Shown: one piece after another, positions 25,405 through 40,402 of the stretch
Layout: the number at the start of each line of letters is the position of its first letter
Numbering within the stretch: the stretch's first letter is position 1
Assembly (NCBI GenBank): GCA_951406725.2
Contig: OX597827.1
Location: forward strand, 24,986,001-25,050,000
DNA from: Octopus vulgaris
Taxonomy: Eukaryota
Direction: 5' to 3'
Length of the DNA: 64,000 bases
Position numbers and translations under genes: made by a program
Notes under the pieces: model-generated
Database searches by the model: none
The model's input: only the letters and a program-made list of their open reading frames with translations
What the model was told of the DNA's origin: nothing

Positions 25405-25722
25405 AATTGGCACTCCGTCGGCGATGACGACGAGTGTTCCAGTTGATCCAATCAAAAGAACAGTTTACTCGCGAAATTAAGATGCAAGTGGCTGAGCACT
25501 CTACAGACATGCATACCCTTAACGTAGTTCTCAGGGAGATTCAGTGTGGTATAGAATGGGAAAAGGCTGGCCCGTTTGAAAAATTCATTTTTGACCGTTG
25601 AGTGGACTGCAGCAACGTGAAATAAAGTGTCTTGCTCAAGGACACAACATGCAGCCTGGTCCGGGAATCGAAGTCGCGACGTTACGAGATCGTGAGTCGA
25701 ATGCCCTAACCATTAAACCACG
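25405..25722 (-). mobile_element. tRNA-derived SINE, third family
   Basis: Reverse strand: gtggtttaatggttagggc...tgtgtccttgagcaagacactttatttcacgttgc; related to 60666-60980. Confidence 0.7.
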
Positions 25723-26585
25723 TTATAACATCCAAACTAGCCTAACATAATAGCATCCGACATTATAATTTGAACAACATATGTTAACCTCACTCCTCAC
25801 TTCTTTGTTTATAATATAACACACTAACAGAACACTTGCCCTACACAATCACAGTCCGATATTAAAACACACCACACATAGATAACACTAACAAGAAGGG
25901 ATTCCAGTAAGGAGGAAACCACGGAACAGAATTGGGGGTAGAAACCTCGTGCAGTATCTGGGATTGCTATGCTTCATAAAAAGTTTTAAAAGGTGCCCCG
26001 TTTCAGGTCCTCGCCACCCCTTTAATATATTATATTACCAGACTAGGCTCATTTCGCCATGTCAATTTCTCTGCTCCTACCCTCCTTATCTCATACGTTC
26101 ACACTAGGGAGCCGCACTTTTTTCTCAGTCCTTAGCTTGGTGTTTAAATTGTACTGAAAGAAGGTGATGCGGGATGAGCTATCAGTTGCATCCACAGCAC
26201 AATTTCCTTCACCACGGCCGCTAAACAAAAGAAAACTAGGCTGATTTGCATGAAATATGCATTCCTTGCCATCTAAAGAGATAAAAAAAAATCCGGCTTT
26301 CCAACTTCTCTCCCGGGCTGGGGGAGCACATGGCAACATGGTCAATTTTTAAGCACCCACCTCCTTGTTCCTTCTGCTAGATATATTTTTTGTGATATCA
26401 ATACGTTTTATTTGATTCCTAGCTGAAGTCTGTCGTTTGGTGTGTTTTAGACGGTGAGTTTATCAAAACCGTTTTCAAATTGAATATTTTGTCTGTTCAA
26501 ATGTTATCAAATTCTTAATCATCCTTTTGGAATTCGGTGTAGTTGAAGAATTCGTCTGAGACTAATTGCTCCGGTTCTTATGCTT

Positions 26586-26617
<32 letters not shown>

Positions 26618-26916
26618 ATTGTTATTGTAGTTCTTTTTTTGTTGCTGGTTTATTTATTTCTGTTACTGTTTTTTTTAAAATTCTATCATTCCTTAGTTTT
26701 ATTGCTGTTGTTGTTGTTACATTAGTTGCTGTTGTTGTTATGGAATTTGTTGCTGTTGTTGTTATGGAATTTGTTGCTGTTGTTGTTCTCTTTGTCTTGT
26801 TGGCTGTTTTATATATTGTCTTTTTTTTGTTTTTGGTCATATCTTCTTCGTTTTCTGCTTGTTTATGTACCGTTTAAGTTTAACAATCAGTCTACATGAT
26901 TTCCTCTTTGTGATTG

Positions 26917-27028
<112 letters not shown>

Positions 27029-27239
27029 ATTTTCGGAATCTTTGCGGTCTTCTTTGATGTCTTCCGCATTCCATTTGAGGAGTAAGAGCAATAGAAAATG
27101 GAAAAATTAGATACGACAGACAAGAATTCTTGTGGTGTTCAGGGGGAACACCATTATCACCATCACCGTCTCCATCACCGCTGCCGCCGCCTCGACGACG
27201 ACCACCATCACCACCACCAGCAACAACAGTAATAATCCT

Positions 27240-28070
<831 letters not shown>

Positions 28071-28098
28071 CTTCTTGATAATAATAATGATGATGATG

Positions 28099-28129
<31 letters not shown>

Positions 28130-28399
28130 TAATAATAATAATAATAATAATAGTAATAGTTATAATAATAGAATGCCTAGATGCATTCACTCTCAATCCC
28201 AACAGAAGCAACGAAAAACAAATAGAAACAAAGTCAAGTAACTCATAAAAGGACGAGAAACCGCCATGTTGTTTGCGTGGTTATTCATTATGACTTGGAA
28301 TCTGAAAGTTTTCTATTTCGGGTCATGAAACAGGCGGTCTTAATGGTGGTGTATCGTGTGAGCATAATCGTTTCCTGAACGCGCTTTTACGCAACTCGA

Positions 28400-29350
28400 C
28401 CCCTTGACGGATCAACAGTCTTGGATCAGGCGTAGACTGAGGCAGGGAGCTTAGCACGTAGAGTGTATCCAAGCACTCACAGCCCTCGGCCAGTTGGGCA
28501 ATGCAGTCGATGGAAGTTCCACCTTGGAATTCTGTAGGGGATTAGTGAAGAGCAAGAGCGACGAAGTACTCGGAGATGTCCTGAGCGTCGGTGTGGATCA
28601 ATTGGCTGGTCTCTTCGGGGGGCCTTTGGGGTTGGGAACAATGGATAATTTCCAGAAATCCCTGTCCTAGCAATGCTACCGGGTGTGCTGTCAGTCGGGC
28701 TTGTGCGAGATGCACGCGGAGCGATGAATCCGTTCTGCATGCTCTCGTACTGTGTCCGCGCATTGCTGACTTGTGGAGCTTTATCGAACAATAATTGTCA
28801 CGTGTAGGACGGATTCAGCTATCGTCCGGGTCTACTGTGAAGATCGCCGCGCCCTCTTCCTTTGGCCGGGAAGGGAGGGTAACTTTTCTCTGTCAGGTGG
28901 CTATGGCAAAAGAGGTTGTGTGGTGGACGCGATTGAAAGGGTTGGAGACGAGTACCTTCCTCTTTGGCCAAAGCCCCATTGACTTTTTCATGTTCCACCT
29001 GAAAAGGAAAGTGAGGCTGGAGAGGGAGGTACTCTCACCCAGTAGGTTCGTTGAAAGGTGGGTGACTGTAGCAAGAATGGCCCACGTGAATGGGTCTACT
29101 CTAAGTGTGCGCCTATTGTTCGGATGGAAGAGAGAAGAGAGGGCGTCTTCCTGAGGAGGCTTTGGTATTAAGGGGTCCAAAGTGCGTGAGGATTCTTTGG
29201 TCACCTTACGGTAGAATTCCCCACTATTGGAGAAGCATATTGTTGATCTCTTTGTTAATCGTGTTTGTTTGCTGTTTACACGTTTAACCTCACTGTCCCT
29301 CGTCTGTGCATCGTTCTATGTTTTGTGTTCGGCTCTGGTGGCCAATAAAG
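28400..29350 (+). mobile_element. 3' end of an L1/Tx1-type LINE ORF2 (decayed)
   Basis: C-terminal zinc motif CARC..SDESVLHALVLCPRIADLW, followed by ORF 28795..29154 and AATAAA near 29344. Confidence 0.75.
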
Positions 29351-29999
29351 TCCCTATTTCCACCAAGTGACTGAGTATTCTTGTTTGAAATTAATCCTTA
29401 TATAAGTTTGCTGCGACAAAACTGGCCCTTCAAATGAACAAGCTGTTCTACGCAGTTTTCTTCAACTCACCTTCATTCACACAAAACGATGGTATAACCG
29501 TTGGGCAAGGTTTGCCTCAGTCAATTACTGTGGACCCAATCATCGAGTCTGCTGACGTAACTAAATTGATGCATATGGTTTTCAATAATCGGTTTGGATA
29601 ATTAGTGAATATCTAAGAACATCCTGGTCATGTGACAAGGGTGGGTGCCACGGTCGGACCTCTGTTGGTCGGGCAAAGCGAGGATCATCTTGAAACGAAA
29701 TATTTCCCGATCGAAATCTTGAAAACCATTTTTAACACACGTTCTCTAACAGTACTCTCTCTGCACGCAGCGCATATCTTCCAACACGTTTCTGCTGCTT
29801 TCTTTCCTTCTTCTTAAATAAAAGCATTAAGTGATTATACTGTTCTCTTTGGTTCCCCATTTGCAGGGTGGTCCCAAGCACACAAAATACAAACTCTTTC
29901 GTCACAAGTTCACGTCAAATATCTAACATGTGTGCATGCGCAAGGGACAAACTGAAGTTAGCTACTTATTAGAGTGCTTGAAGTGTTATGTCGACAAAG

Positions 30000-30087
<88 letters not shown>

Positions 30088-30323
30088 ACAATAATAATAA
30101 TAGTAATAATAGTAGGAAATATAATTCCAAACTTACAGGGAAAAATTCAATTTAGCAATTCTAAATCAAATTTCACAATATATAATATATGTATATAATT
30201 TTGAGAAAAACCTCTATTAAACAATACAATAATGAAAGATGTTATTCACACCATATAGAATACATAAACTATACAAGATATATTCTTTTCTAGATGGTAT
30301 AGGAATATCTTTCAAAGATGAAT

Positions 30324-30370
<47 letters not shown>

Positions 30371-31263
30371 CACACATGCATATCATGTGTGTGCGCGCGC
30401 AAGCAGATATTGAAGAGGCAATGTTTACGCGTTGGTTGCGATTTGATTGATAGAATGTGAGATCAATAAACTATATGACACTCATTAAAGTTATTGATTG
30501 TTGCTCTCATTTTACGTAGAGGTGTTACATACGAGAAAGAAGAATGGTACAACTCAAAGCGAACCTCTACTGCCCCTATCTTCGAATACATCATTTCGTG
30601 AACCCAAGAAACTTCCAGGACATTTGTGAAGGCTGATTCAGAGCAAAAGAAGCAGACGTCGAAGATGCGCCATACTTTCTGTCTGCTATGTTCCGAGATG
30701 TATCGCATGCTATGCTTTATTTCGATTGAATCTATATTCGAGCACAAAAGACCCTTTTCGGTAGTTATTTATCAATAACAAACTAATACGAAACTGTACG
30801 AATGACTTTTGAAAAAAAAGAGAAAATATATTTTGTTATAACAAGTTATATTCTGATATTTATTTTCGATTGAGTAATATTTGAAACAAGGCACAGGAAA
30901 TACGAAGGAAAATAAAATGTAAAAACGAAACGAGCAATAAAATAAAAGTCTGTCTACTGAGGAGGATACGGTATTATTAATTATAAATTGTGTTTGTTTA
31001 GGTGAGGCTGAGGTATGTGTCTTTTATCTTTGAATTGTTTCAATCATTGGGTTGCAGTCACGCTGGGGCAAAGCCTTGAACGATTTTGTTGAACAAACCC
31101 ACCCCGGGACTTACTGTTAAAGCCTGGTACTTAGTCTATCGCACTCTCTTTATCGAAATACCAAGTTACGCGGATGTAAACAAACCAACGCCGGTTGTCA
31201 AGCGGGAGTGGGAGGGAGATAAACACACGCACATAAACACGCATATGGATAGATGTATATATA

Positions 31264-31633
31264 TCTCTCTCTATATAAACGGCAGTTTGTCTGTGTGTCT
31301 GTTTGGTTGTACCCTCACTCTGACCACGGCTTTCAACCGATTCTGATGAAACTTGACACACACATAGCCCAATGTCATAATTCAAAACTAACGCAGCGAA
31401 AATTTTGAAAAGTTCCCCCAGTTCTGAAAAAAATCGATAAATTCGACATGGGGTCGAGAATCAGAAACACAAACCACAGCCTGTCTAGGGGACGCAACTC
31501 AACCTTTTTAACTCTCAAAAAAATTTACCATCATTTTTCCCCCATTTTTTTGCTATTTTTTGGCTATAACTCTCTAAAAATGCTTTATAGTTATTTCCCT
31601 TACAAACCCGAGCAACGCCGGGCGATACTGCTA

Positions 31634-31634
<1 letters not shown>
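31264..31634 (+). mobile_element. Non-autonomous Helitron-like element
   Basis: 5' TC..tatataaac start, subterminal hairpin cccgagcaacgccggg (31607-31622) and CTAG end (31631-31634) next to (TA)n. Second copy at 59298-59548. Confidence 0.75.
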
Positions 31635-31684
<50 letters not shown>

Positions 31685-31735
31685 TGTTTTCTACACCACC
31701 TGTCTTCGTCTTTTGTTTTCTTGCAAATTGTCTCC

Positions 31736-31770
<35 letters not shown>

Positions 31771-31922
31771 AGTAATTGAATGAATTATCTTATTAAGGAT
31801 AATTCGAAAGATAACCGATACCTGGGTAGCAAATTCACATCAGAAAGAACACGGTTGAAGCTACGTCCATAGGGCATAGACTACGTGTCTTCGTGCGGAA
31901 ATTTGTATGTTTATTTTAAAAT

Positions 31923-32335
31923 TATAAGTATATGAAAGAATGGAGTTGAACGACTAGTTAACAAGTATCCTTTATTCTCGACATATGTTTCGAAGGCTGC
32001 ATATTCCTAATTCCGAAGGAATAAGGAGTACATTATGCAGATTTCTCATCAGGAAAATCAAGGAACTTATGTCGACATCAAAATGCACAAAAAACTTTTA
32101 GCTGACCGCTCTCAAGGAGCTCCTTGTGCATTTTGATGTCGACATAAGTTCCTTGATTTTCCTGATGAGAAATCTGCATAATGTACTCCTCATAATGAGA
32201 AATCTGCATAATGTACTCCTTATAATGTACTCCTTATTCCTTCGGAATTAGGAATATGCAGCCTTCGAAACATATGTCGAGAATAAAGGATACTTGTTAA
32301 CTAGTCGTTCAACTCCTTTCTTTCATATACTTATA
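31923..32335. mobile_element. Long foldback (inverted repeat), Penelope-like, with a type I hammerhead motif in each arm
   Basis: Arm 31923-32090 is near-perfectly complementary to 32124-32335 apart from a ~43-nt internal duplication in the right arm. Confidence 0.85.
32149..32289 (+). ncRNA. Predicted type I hammerhead ribozyme
   Basis: Stem I ccttgattttc/gagaataaagg; CTGATGA at 32162-32168; long stem II with ctgcata/tatgcag and a cTTCGg loop; GAAA at 32267-32270; palindromic stem III acatatgt; GUC site ending at 32278. Confidence 0.7.
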
Positions 32336-32964
32336 TGTATAAATATATATATATATATACAACGGGTTTCTTTCAGTTTCCGTTTATCAAATCTACTCTC
32401 AAAGCTGTAGTCGGCTTTAGTAGAGGGCACGCGCTCAATGTGCTACACGGTGGGACCGAACACGGAACCATGTGGTTGGGAAGCAAACTTCTTACCACAC
32501 AGCCACATCTGCGCCTGAGAGAAAATTGTGTAAAATGAGTTACAATAGTTGAAAAAAAAAGTGGGAGATAGGCTTACTTCCCAACCAAATGGTTCTGTGT
32601 TCAGTTCACCATGTAGCACCTTGGGCAAGTGCGCACGAGTGAATTTTGTAGGCAGAAACATGTTCCGCATTATGACGACGCAACTTCGCCGTCTGCGTGA
32701 CTGACCAGAACAGCGTAGCTCACTGTCTGATACTGCTTGCTGTGTCTGTTCGCTATTCATCAGTAGGGAAACAGCCCACTTCTCACTTGGAGGTGTCCGC
32801 CACGACATCTCCCCCCTTTGAATTTTTTTTCCTCTTTCACACAATATCATTGTTTTTTTTAATCTTCAGTCTACATTGTTTACCGGTAGCGCTACTAACA
32901 CAAAGCAACTTGACGAAAATCCTTCACACGGACTTACCATTATTATTATTATTATTATTATTAT

Positions 32965-33477
32965 TACTTTTTTCTTCTTCTTTCAAATTTGCTTCCATTT
33001 CTTGCCGAGTGTCTTCCCGACTCCTAGGGCAAAGAAACTCATAGTATACATTGGTAGGCCATTAAACCAAACTCAATAGTTCGTTCATTTTTTTTTTCTT
33101 TTAAGTTAAATTAAAATACATGAGCAGCAACAGTTCTCACATCGACAATACTCTTCTCAATACGTGTGATGTACCAGTTAAGACAATCTTTTGCACTTCT
33201 TGCAGGGATGGTAAGCCAGGGATCATTCTCATATAATTTTCGGTTCCCTTCTTGATCATTCCTAGTGCTCCTACGATCACTGGTATTGTAACCGCCTTGA
33301 GATGCCACATTTTCTCAATTTCAATGAGTAGGTCTTTATATTTTCTGAGCTTGTCAAACTCTTTCGCTGAGATATTATGATCACAGGGGATGCTCATGTC
33401 GATCAATAAGCAAACTTTATTGTTTTGGTCTTTCACAACAATATCTGGTTTATTGGCCTTGATGGTTCGGTCTGTAT
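32965..33477 (-). mobile_element. 5'-truncated R4/Dong-type retrotransposon, same family as 53878-57860
   Basis: TDRTIKANKPDIVVKDQNNKVCLLIDMSIP...RRVLSM and the 3' UTR are nearly identical to the full-length copy. (TAA)n lies on both sides. Confidence 0.95.
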
Positions 33478-33487
33478 TATTATCATC

Positions 33488-33573
<86 letters not shown>

Positions 33574-33600
33574 CATTATTATTGTTATTATTATTGTTAC

Positions 33601-33697
<97 letters not shown>
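33478..33697. repeat. (TTA)n microsatellite
   Basis: Directly visible. Confidence 0.95.
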
Positions 33698-34054
33698 GTT
33701 TATCTTCCACACAGAATATTTTTTCTCTTCAGAATGCCGCAGGTAGTACCAGTCTACATCGTTAATCTGTAGCGCTGCTTACACATAGCGAACTGACAGA
33801 AATCTTACTAACGGAGTTATATTATTTTTCACTGTGTGTAGTCCAGTTCTGTGTTAGTCTAATCTGTTACTGAGTGTAGTTCGACTGATATGTCCCGCAT
33901 TATGACGGCATAACTTCGCCATCTGCATGAAGCCCGAACAGCGTACTTCACTGACTGGCCTTGCTTGCTGTGTCTGTTCACTGTTTATCAGTAATGGAAC
34001 AGCCCACTTCTCACTTGGGGGTGTCAGCCACAACAAAACTGAAAGAAGCCCGTC

Positions 34055-34101
<47 letters not shown>

Positions 34102-35664
34102 CATACATACATATGTGTGTGTGTGTCTGTGTTTGTTTCGCACCACCGCTTGAAAACTGGTGTTGGTGAGTTTACCTCTCCGTAATCTAGCGGTTCAGCA
34201 AAAAGAGAATGATAGAATAAGTACCCGGCTTCAAAAACAAGTTCAGGGTTGGTTTATTCGATGAGAACCCCTCAAGGCGGTGCCCCAGCATGGCAGCAGT
34301 CAAATAACTGAAACAAGAGAAAGGATAAAACATAGATACCAACCAGTGACACTTCCTTGCTTATTAAAAGGACCAGATGTTGGTAAGAATCCGATAGAAA
34401 TACATTTATAGATTCTGTTTGTGTAAATGGATTATTTAAAACAGGAATCACAGTTTCTGTGATCTTTCCAGGATCTGCTTGCCTGGTGAGTAGACATGAG
34501 AAAGTTAACCTTAATACCGGTGACTCGTCCCTAAAATATCCAAGGATCAAATACTTGGGTGAAACCGGAAGCTACATTAAGTCTAATATTCTTTTATACA
34601 TTAAAGGCTAACCCTTTGAGCCATGTATACTTCTATCGTCTCCCTGCTTTCCTTTTTCAGGTTGCTGTTTATTTTGTATGTAGGCTTCAACATATCTAAC
34701 AAAACAACGTGTTTTGTTGATCTTTTATCTTGAAGAAGAAAAATATCACTTATTGATATATGTCTTATATCGTGTAGCTATATATTGTTTAAATATGACA
34801 TATATTACTTATAGATATCTACCATAAATATCATGTCTTATAGATAGTAAAATAGTATCTTATTGAAGGTATGTGGCTTTAAACACATGTTTATTATATT
34901 TTCTCAAATTTGATGGGAGCAATTTTTCGTTTTGTGAGGGGAAAAGTTGGGCCATGTTTGCAACATGAAACTTCATTTAGAAACGTTCGATTTTCTTTAT
35001 TGCGATTGATTTTCAGTCCCCGTTTCCATCTCTTTGTTCCCATGGTTGTAGATGATTCAACATTCCTTTTGTCCAGAGAAACATGAGATATTTTCTTTTA
35101 ATATTTCCCCCGTTTCAGCCACATTTATGGTTTCGTTATCTAACTTGAAATGTGTGGATATCAGCCAGCATCATTAGGCTTTGTTTGAATGCTTTGCAAC
35201 TTTTCTCAAATGTATTTATTCTCCAATCCCCCTCATTTCTCTACTGATTTAATGTCCTGTGTTTCTTAAACGTCTTAACTTTGCTACCATGAATCAATTT
35301 TTCAGTGGTGTTTTCTGAATTTTTGTTTTGAATCCTTCAAATTGTTACAATATCCTTCTTCTTTTCGATTATTTCCAATTACATGTTTTTGTTTCACAAT
35401 GGTTCCTTTGTTTGCTTTCAAGGTTTTTCTATGATGTCATCACAGTCAGCGTTGGCTTCATTTTTGTTTGTTTCAAATCCAAGAGATAACAATTTTTGTC
35501 TCCCTTCCGCGTTTCCATACAAATGCCAAAATACAAAAAACAAAAACAAGTTACAGTCTTCATTCCTAACGACTGTTGAACATATTTCACGCCTTACAAA
35601 CTTTATTTTAGTTCCTACACACAAGCTACAGTGTACAAAAGTTAGCATATACTACTATATATAT

Positions 35665-35885
35665 TTCTTTACTACCCACAAGGGGCTAAACACAGAGAGG
35701 ACAAACAAGGACAGACAAACGGATTAAGTCGATTATATCGACCCCAGTGCGTAACTGGTACTTATTTAATCGATCCCGAAAGGATGAAAGGCAAAGTCGA
35801 TCTCGGCGAAATTTGAACGCACAACGTAACGACAGACGAAATACCGCTAAGTATTTCACCAGGCGTGCTAACGTTTCTGCCACCT
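35665..35885 (-). mobile_element. Meta-core SINE with probable TSD
   Basis: Family sequence in reverse, flanked by tatactactatat on both sides. Confidence 0.85.
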
Positions 35886-38129
35886 TAACGTATACTACTA
35901 TATCGATATAATTTATGGCTCATGCAATTATTTCTGACGAACACTTCGCTCTAACAGAGTGTTTGTAGTTTATATATTATAGCTTTGTCGAGGTGTTGGC
36001 AGGCTGCGGCATCAGATATCCTGAGTTTATTATGGTGTTTCGTCGATACTGCTATTACAGGTAGTTAATGAAAATGTGTTTCTTGGCTGCATGAAGAAGT
36101 AACTGAATGACATCCGCGAACATTTAACAGAAAAAACTTATTGTCGAACATAAAGATAAATTGCGTTTCCCTTTTACAGTTAACAACAATCATGATTATA
36201 TACTGGAAGAGACATACTGCACTGAGATTTGCTCAACATATCTGAAAACAATTGTGCCACATTCGTGGTAACGGAAGTTACTGGTTATCTATCTGCATCA
36301 TCTGTCTTAGCCGTCTTCATGAGTCGTCTGCCTGGGCTGTCTGTTGGCAAGAGAGGGGACGCATATCACTCATTCGTCTTTCGACACTCTGCAAAAAGTT
36401 TAACGCAAAAGCAGCTTTTTACAGGGTACAAAATGAAGATTCTAGAAAACTGAATCACGCTACGGCTGGTTTGTTGCTTAACGGGTTGATCACGTGAAAC
36501 TATTGTGGTTCGGTCGTGATGTCTGACCGGTTACCTCACGGTAGATTTCAAATCATCGCAACAGCTCATGCATTTTTATAATACATTTTTTATTAAACTG
36601 AATTTTATGTCTTTATATTTCTGTTTAATTTCTTTTACAATACATTTTCGAAGTTTGTATTCCTTTAGAACATTTTCTGTCATTCACATATAGCTGTGCT
36701 AGATTGTTTGGCCTTTGTTTGCTCTGTTCTAGTGTGAAATCCGCCCTGTTGTGTTTGTGGTGAGACGCAGAAGGGGAATGGGACTAATGGAGGGAAATAA
36801 GAGGAAGAAGTAACTATTGATCGATTAATGTTGTAGGAAGAAGCACATTGAAACATGCAGACCCGGTATGGTTTGCTTAGAAGATAGCTAGAGTTGCTAA
36901 AGTCGCCTAAAAGCCAGGAACCGTGGGACGTTTAGGTTTGCTGTCGAAGGACAGATGCAGAATTTCGCACAATTTCACCCTGCTTAGTTTCATGGGAGAA
37001 GGCTTGGATTTCTTTGAAATTATGTTAGATAGTGCAGTGTGATCGAATTTGGGACCACGTGACTGAGAAAGGAACTTCTTAAACACACAGCCATGGTTAT
37101 ATCCAGATTGTGTGATGGACTGAGATGTGATCCGAGATCCATAGAAATTGACGGTAATTTATATCCATAAAACTTTGTGGATAAAAATTAAATTACAGTG
37201 TGATAATTCATTGTGAGGAGCAAACAAACCAAACGTTTCGGATAACCGTTCTACTTCATATATCGAAAAGAGTGAATTTTTTCTCCTCGCAGCAAATAAG
37301 TCTGCCGCAGTAATTTTTTTTAATGTTTTTGTATCTTCGATTATTACTTTCCTTTAAATACCCTCCTTAATTTTATACAGTTTATATTAAATGCTTTTCT
37401 GCTCCAGATTTATTAAGTCATGTTCTCCGAGGTGTTTTAATTTGTTTACGGTCTAATTACAGGAGGAAAAATTAAACCGCAAACATTTATGGGAAACTTC
37501 AAGACTGGGGATGATGGGAAGGGATGAAAACACCCTAGAAGGGTTACTGTCGTAGAAATCAGCGTATCAAGTTATCAAGATATCTTCAGTCTGAAAACCT
37601 GATACCAATACTTGCGATTTTAGTGGGGTCTCTTAACGGTATTCGGGTAGCATGCAGTGAAGGAACTAAAACCTAGCAACTAAATTCATCTCTGCTTGTC
37701 ACAATATGTGTTGGGGAGTCACGCTTTAAAACGACCTTAGCTATGGAACAAAATCAAAACCTTAATGAAGAAATTTAATGTAATGACGTTAAGTCTGAAT
37801 GTTACGCTTTAAAATACCTCAACTATGTAAGTAAATTGAAGACATTAACCGAAGTATAATAAAACAGGATCCTGCTACTGTGTCTAATTACAATTGTGGT
37901 ACAGTCATCCAACTGTTGTGTGCATGCGTGACTCTGTGTGTGTGTGCGCGCGCGCACGGTAGAATGCTACTCATCTTTTAATTTTTACTTCATTTAGTCA
38001 TTTGATTGCGGCCATGCTGGGGTACAACTTAGAAGGGTTTCAGTCAAACGAATCGACGCCAGTACTTAATTCTTAAGCCTGTACTTATTCTATCGATTCC
38101 TTATAAAATCTTTCTCCTGTTCTATAAAT

Positions 38130-38648
38130 GGGTTTCAAATTTTAGCACAAGGCCAGAAAATTTTGATGAGGGGGCTAAGTCGATTACATCGACCTCAGTG
38201 TGTAACTGGTACTTATTTTAAGGATGAAAGGCAAGGTCGACCTCGGCGGAATTTGAACTCAGAACATAAAGACGTGAGAAAGACTGCTAAGCATTTTACT
38301 CCTCGTACCAACGATTCTGCCAGCTCACCACCTTTTCTTATTCTAAAACTTGGAAATAGAATTATACTATCAAATGTAGGGCATCAAAGCATTTAGAAAA
38401 GTTATATATGTATATCTATTTCTTTATTGCCCACAGGGGGCTAAACACAGAGGGGACAAACAAGGACGGACAAAAGGCTTAAGTCGGTTACATCGACCCC
38501 AGTGCGTAACTGGTACTTAATTTATCGACCCCGAAAGGATGAAAGGCAAAGTCGACCTCGGCGGAATTTGAACTCAGAACGTAACGGCAGCCGAAATACG
38601 GCTAAGCATTTCGCCCGACGTGCTAACGATTCTGCCAGCTCGCCGCCC
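38130..38648 (-). mobile_element. Two Meta-core SINEs
   Basis: Family cores at about 38180-38330 and 38415-38648. Confidence 0.85.
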
Positions 38649-40169
38649 TATATGAATATCATGCAGCTGTTCAAACAACGTCGATTTGATGAAGGGAATG
38701 AGTTAATGTCCGGCACATGCATTTGTTCACCTTAACAAATCCCCTGTGCCGGTTGTTTAGCAAGAAATTGCGGAACCATCTCTCACGAACTACGAGAGAC
38801 TACTATCATCTTACAACTGGATGGTCAAGCCTGGAATGCATTTCATAAGATATCCATAAAGTTACGACTGGCCTAATTACAACAACTAGAGATGCCCCAC
38901 CCCCAACAAAGTGGTTACTCGCTCTGCTAGAAATAACAACCACATTTTTCTTAAATCGCGGTCTTATCTAAAACTATCCAAGAAAAGAGGGGTTAGTCAT
39001 AGATGGAACGCATTTGAATATATGTCTGATCTGTCATGGCCGATCATTTTGATGTTTTAACACTCCACTCTGTTGTCAATATTTTACTGAGTCTAAGGTG
39101 TCTACGTTCTCTGATCCACGAAACATAGAAACGACCATGCTCTGAGGATGTCAAATACGACTGCAACCCGGATAGAATTGTCCTCCATATGCATCAAAGA
39201 TCTATTAATTTGCTATTAGTCCTTGAGCTATTGTCCTCCCCCACCTCATTTCATGAATATTTGTAATTCTAATTCATTAAAATTAGAGAACCGTTACTGC
39301 TCTTCTATCTTCCTCATTTTTTTAAATTAACGCGTTCGGCTAACGTTTTCATTTCCCCATTTTTTGTCGTGTTTTTTATTTTTTCATTTTTCTTAGCTGT
39401 TAGTCAAAGAATAAAGAGCAGCATTTCTAGCCATTTATTTTTTCGAAAGCTTTAAGACTGGAAAAAGAAAATATTACCTTAAAGTTGTACCTCAAAATTT
39501 AAAATACGAAAATACCGAGGATAAAAATATCGCAAAACGTTTGTTGCTCCGCACTAATTCTTTTAGTACCTTCTTGAGTCTGAAACGCGAAAGTCCTCGG
39601 AGGGATTTGAAGTTATTGGACAAAGAAACGGGACATTTACCGAAAAGTACCACCCAGCTCTGGTGCATTATTACATCTGCGATAAAAGGGTAAAAAACAA
39701 TGGTGGCCTCGGTAGGATTCGAAATTAAGTTGCAGAAACATTACCGCAAAGCACGTTGTCTTAAGCTTTAATGACTCAGATAATTCCTCTTACTGAAGGA
39801 ATAATTCTAACTTTGGTATTTCGGAATTACCTCTCCTAAGTAAAATTGATCGAATTTATGCAGCAAGTCACTTATTTGCCTCTAAGAAAATCAAGAATGC
39901 AACATAAGTATAAGTTACTATACATGAGGTAATAATCTGAAAGGCAATGGAATATAACTTTACCTCCGACCAAAACAATGGCAATTTCGTAGCAGTTCCA
40001 CCTACCTGTTCAGAAATTATTGGGAAGCCATGATTAAAGTTATCTCGAGCAATTTGATTACAATAAAACGCATTAAGGCTTTCTTGCTGTCTGATATCAA
40101 CATCTGCTGAATTTGTCTAAAAGGGGGCAACCGTCCACCTTGGATTGTTAATTTCTTTGAGCCTAATAC

Positions 40170-40402
40170 CTGTTTCTTTATTACCCACAAGGGGCTAAAC
40201 AAAGAGGGGACAAACAAGGACAGACAAACGGATTAAGTTGATTACATCGACCCCAGTGCGTAACTGGTACTTAATTTATCGACCCCGAAAGGATGAAAAG
40301 CAAAGTCGACCTCGGCGGAATTTGAACCCAGAACGTAACGGCAGACGAAATACGGCTACGCATTTCGCCCGGCGTGCTAACGTTTCGGCCAGCTCGCCGC
40401 CT
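40170..40402 (-). mobile_element. Meta-core SINE, full monomer
   Basis: Reverse complement of the family sequence. Confidence 0.85.

Noticed and set aside
34800-35600. Possible decayed retroelement coding sequence on the minus strand
   Set aside because: The purine-rich composition is suggestive, but I found no diagnostic motif.
38502-38735. Recurrent short ORFs with YRPRKDERQSRPRRNLNSE or PERMKGKVDLGGI
   Set aside because: These are translations of the SINE core, not a protein family.
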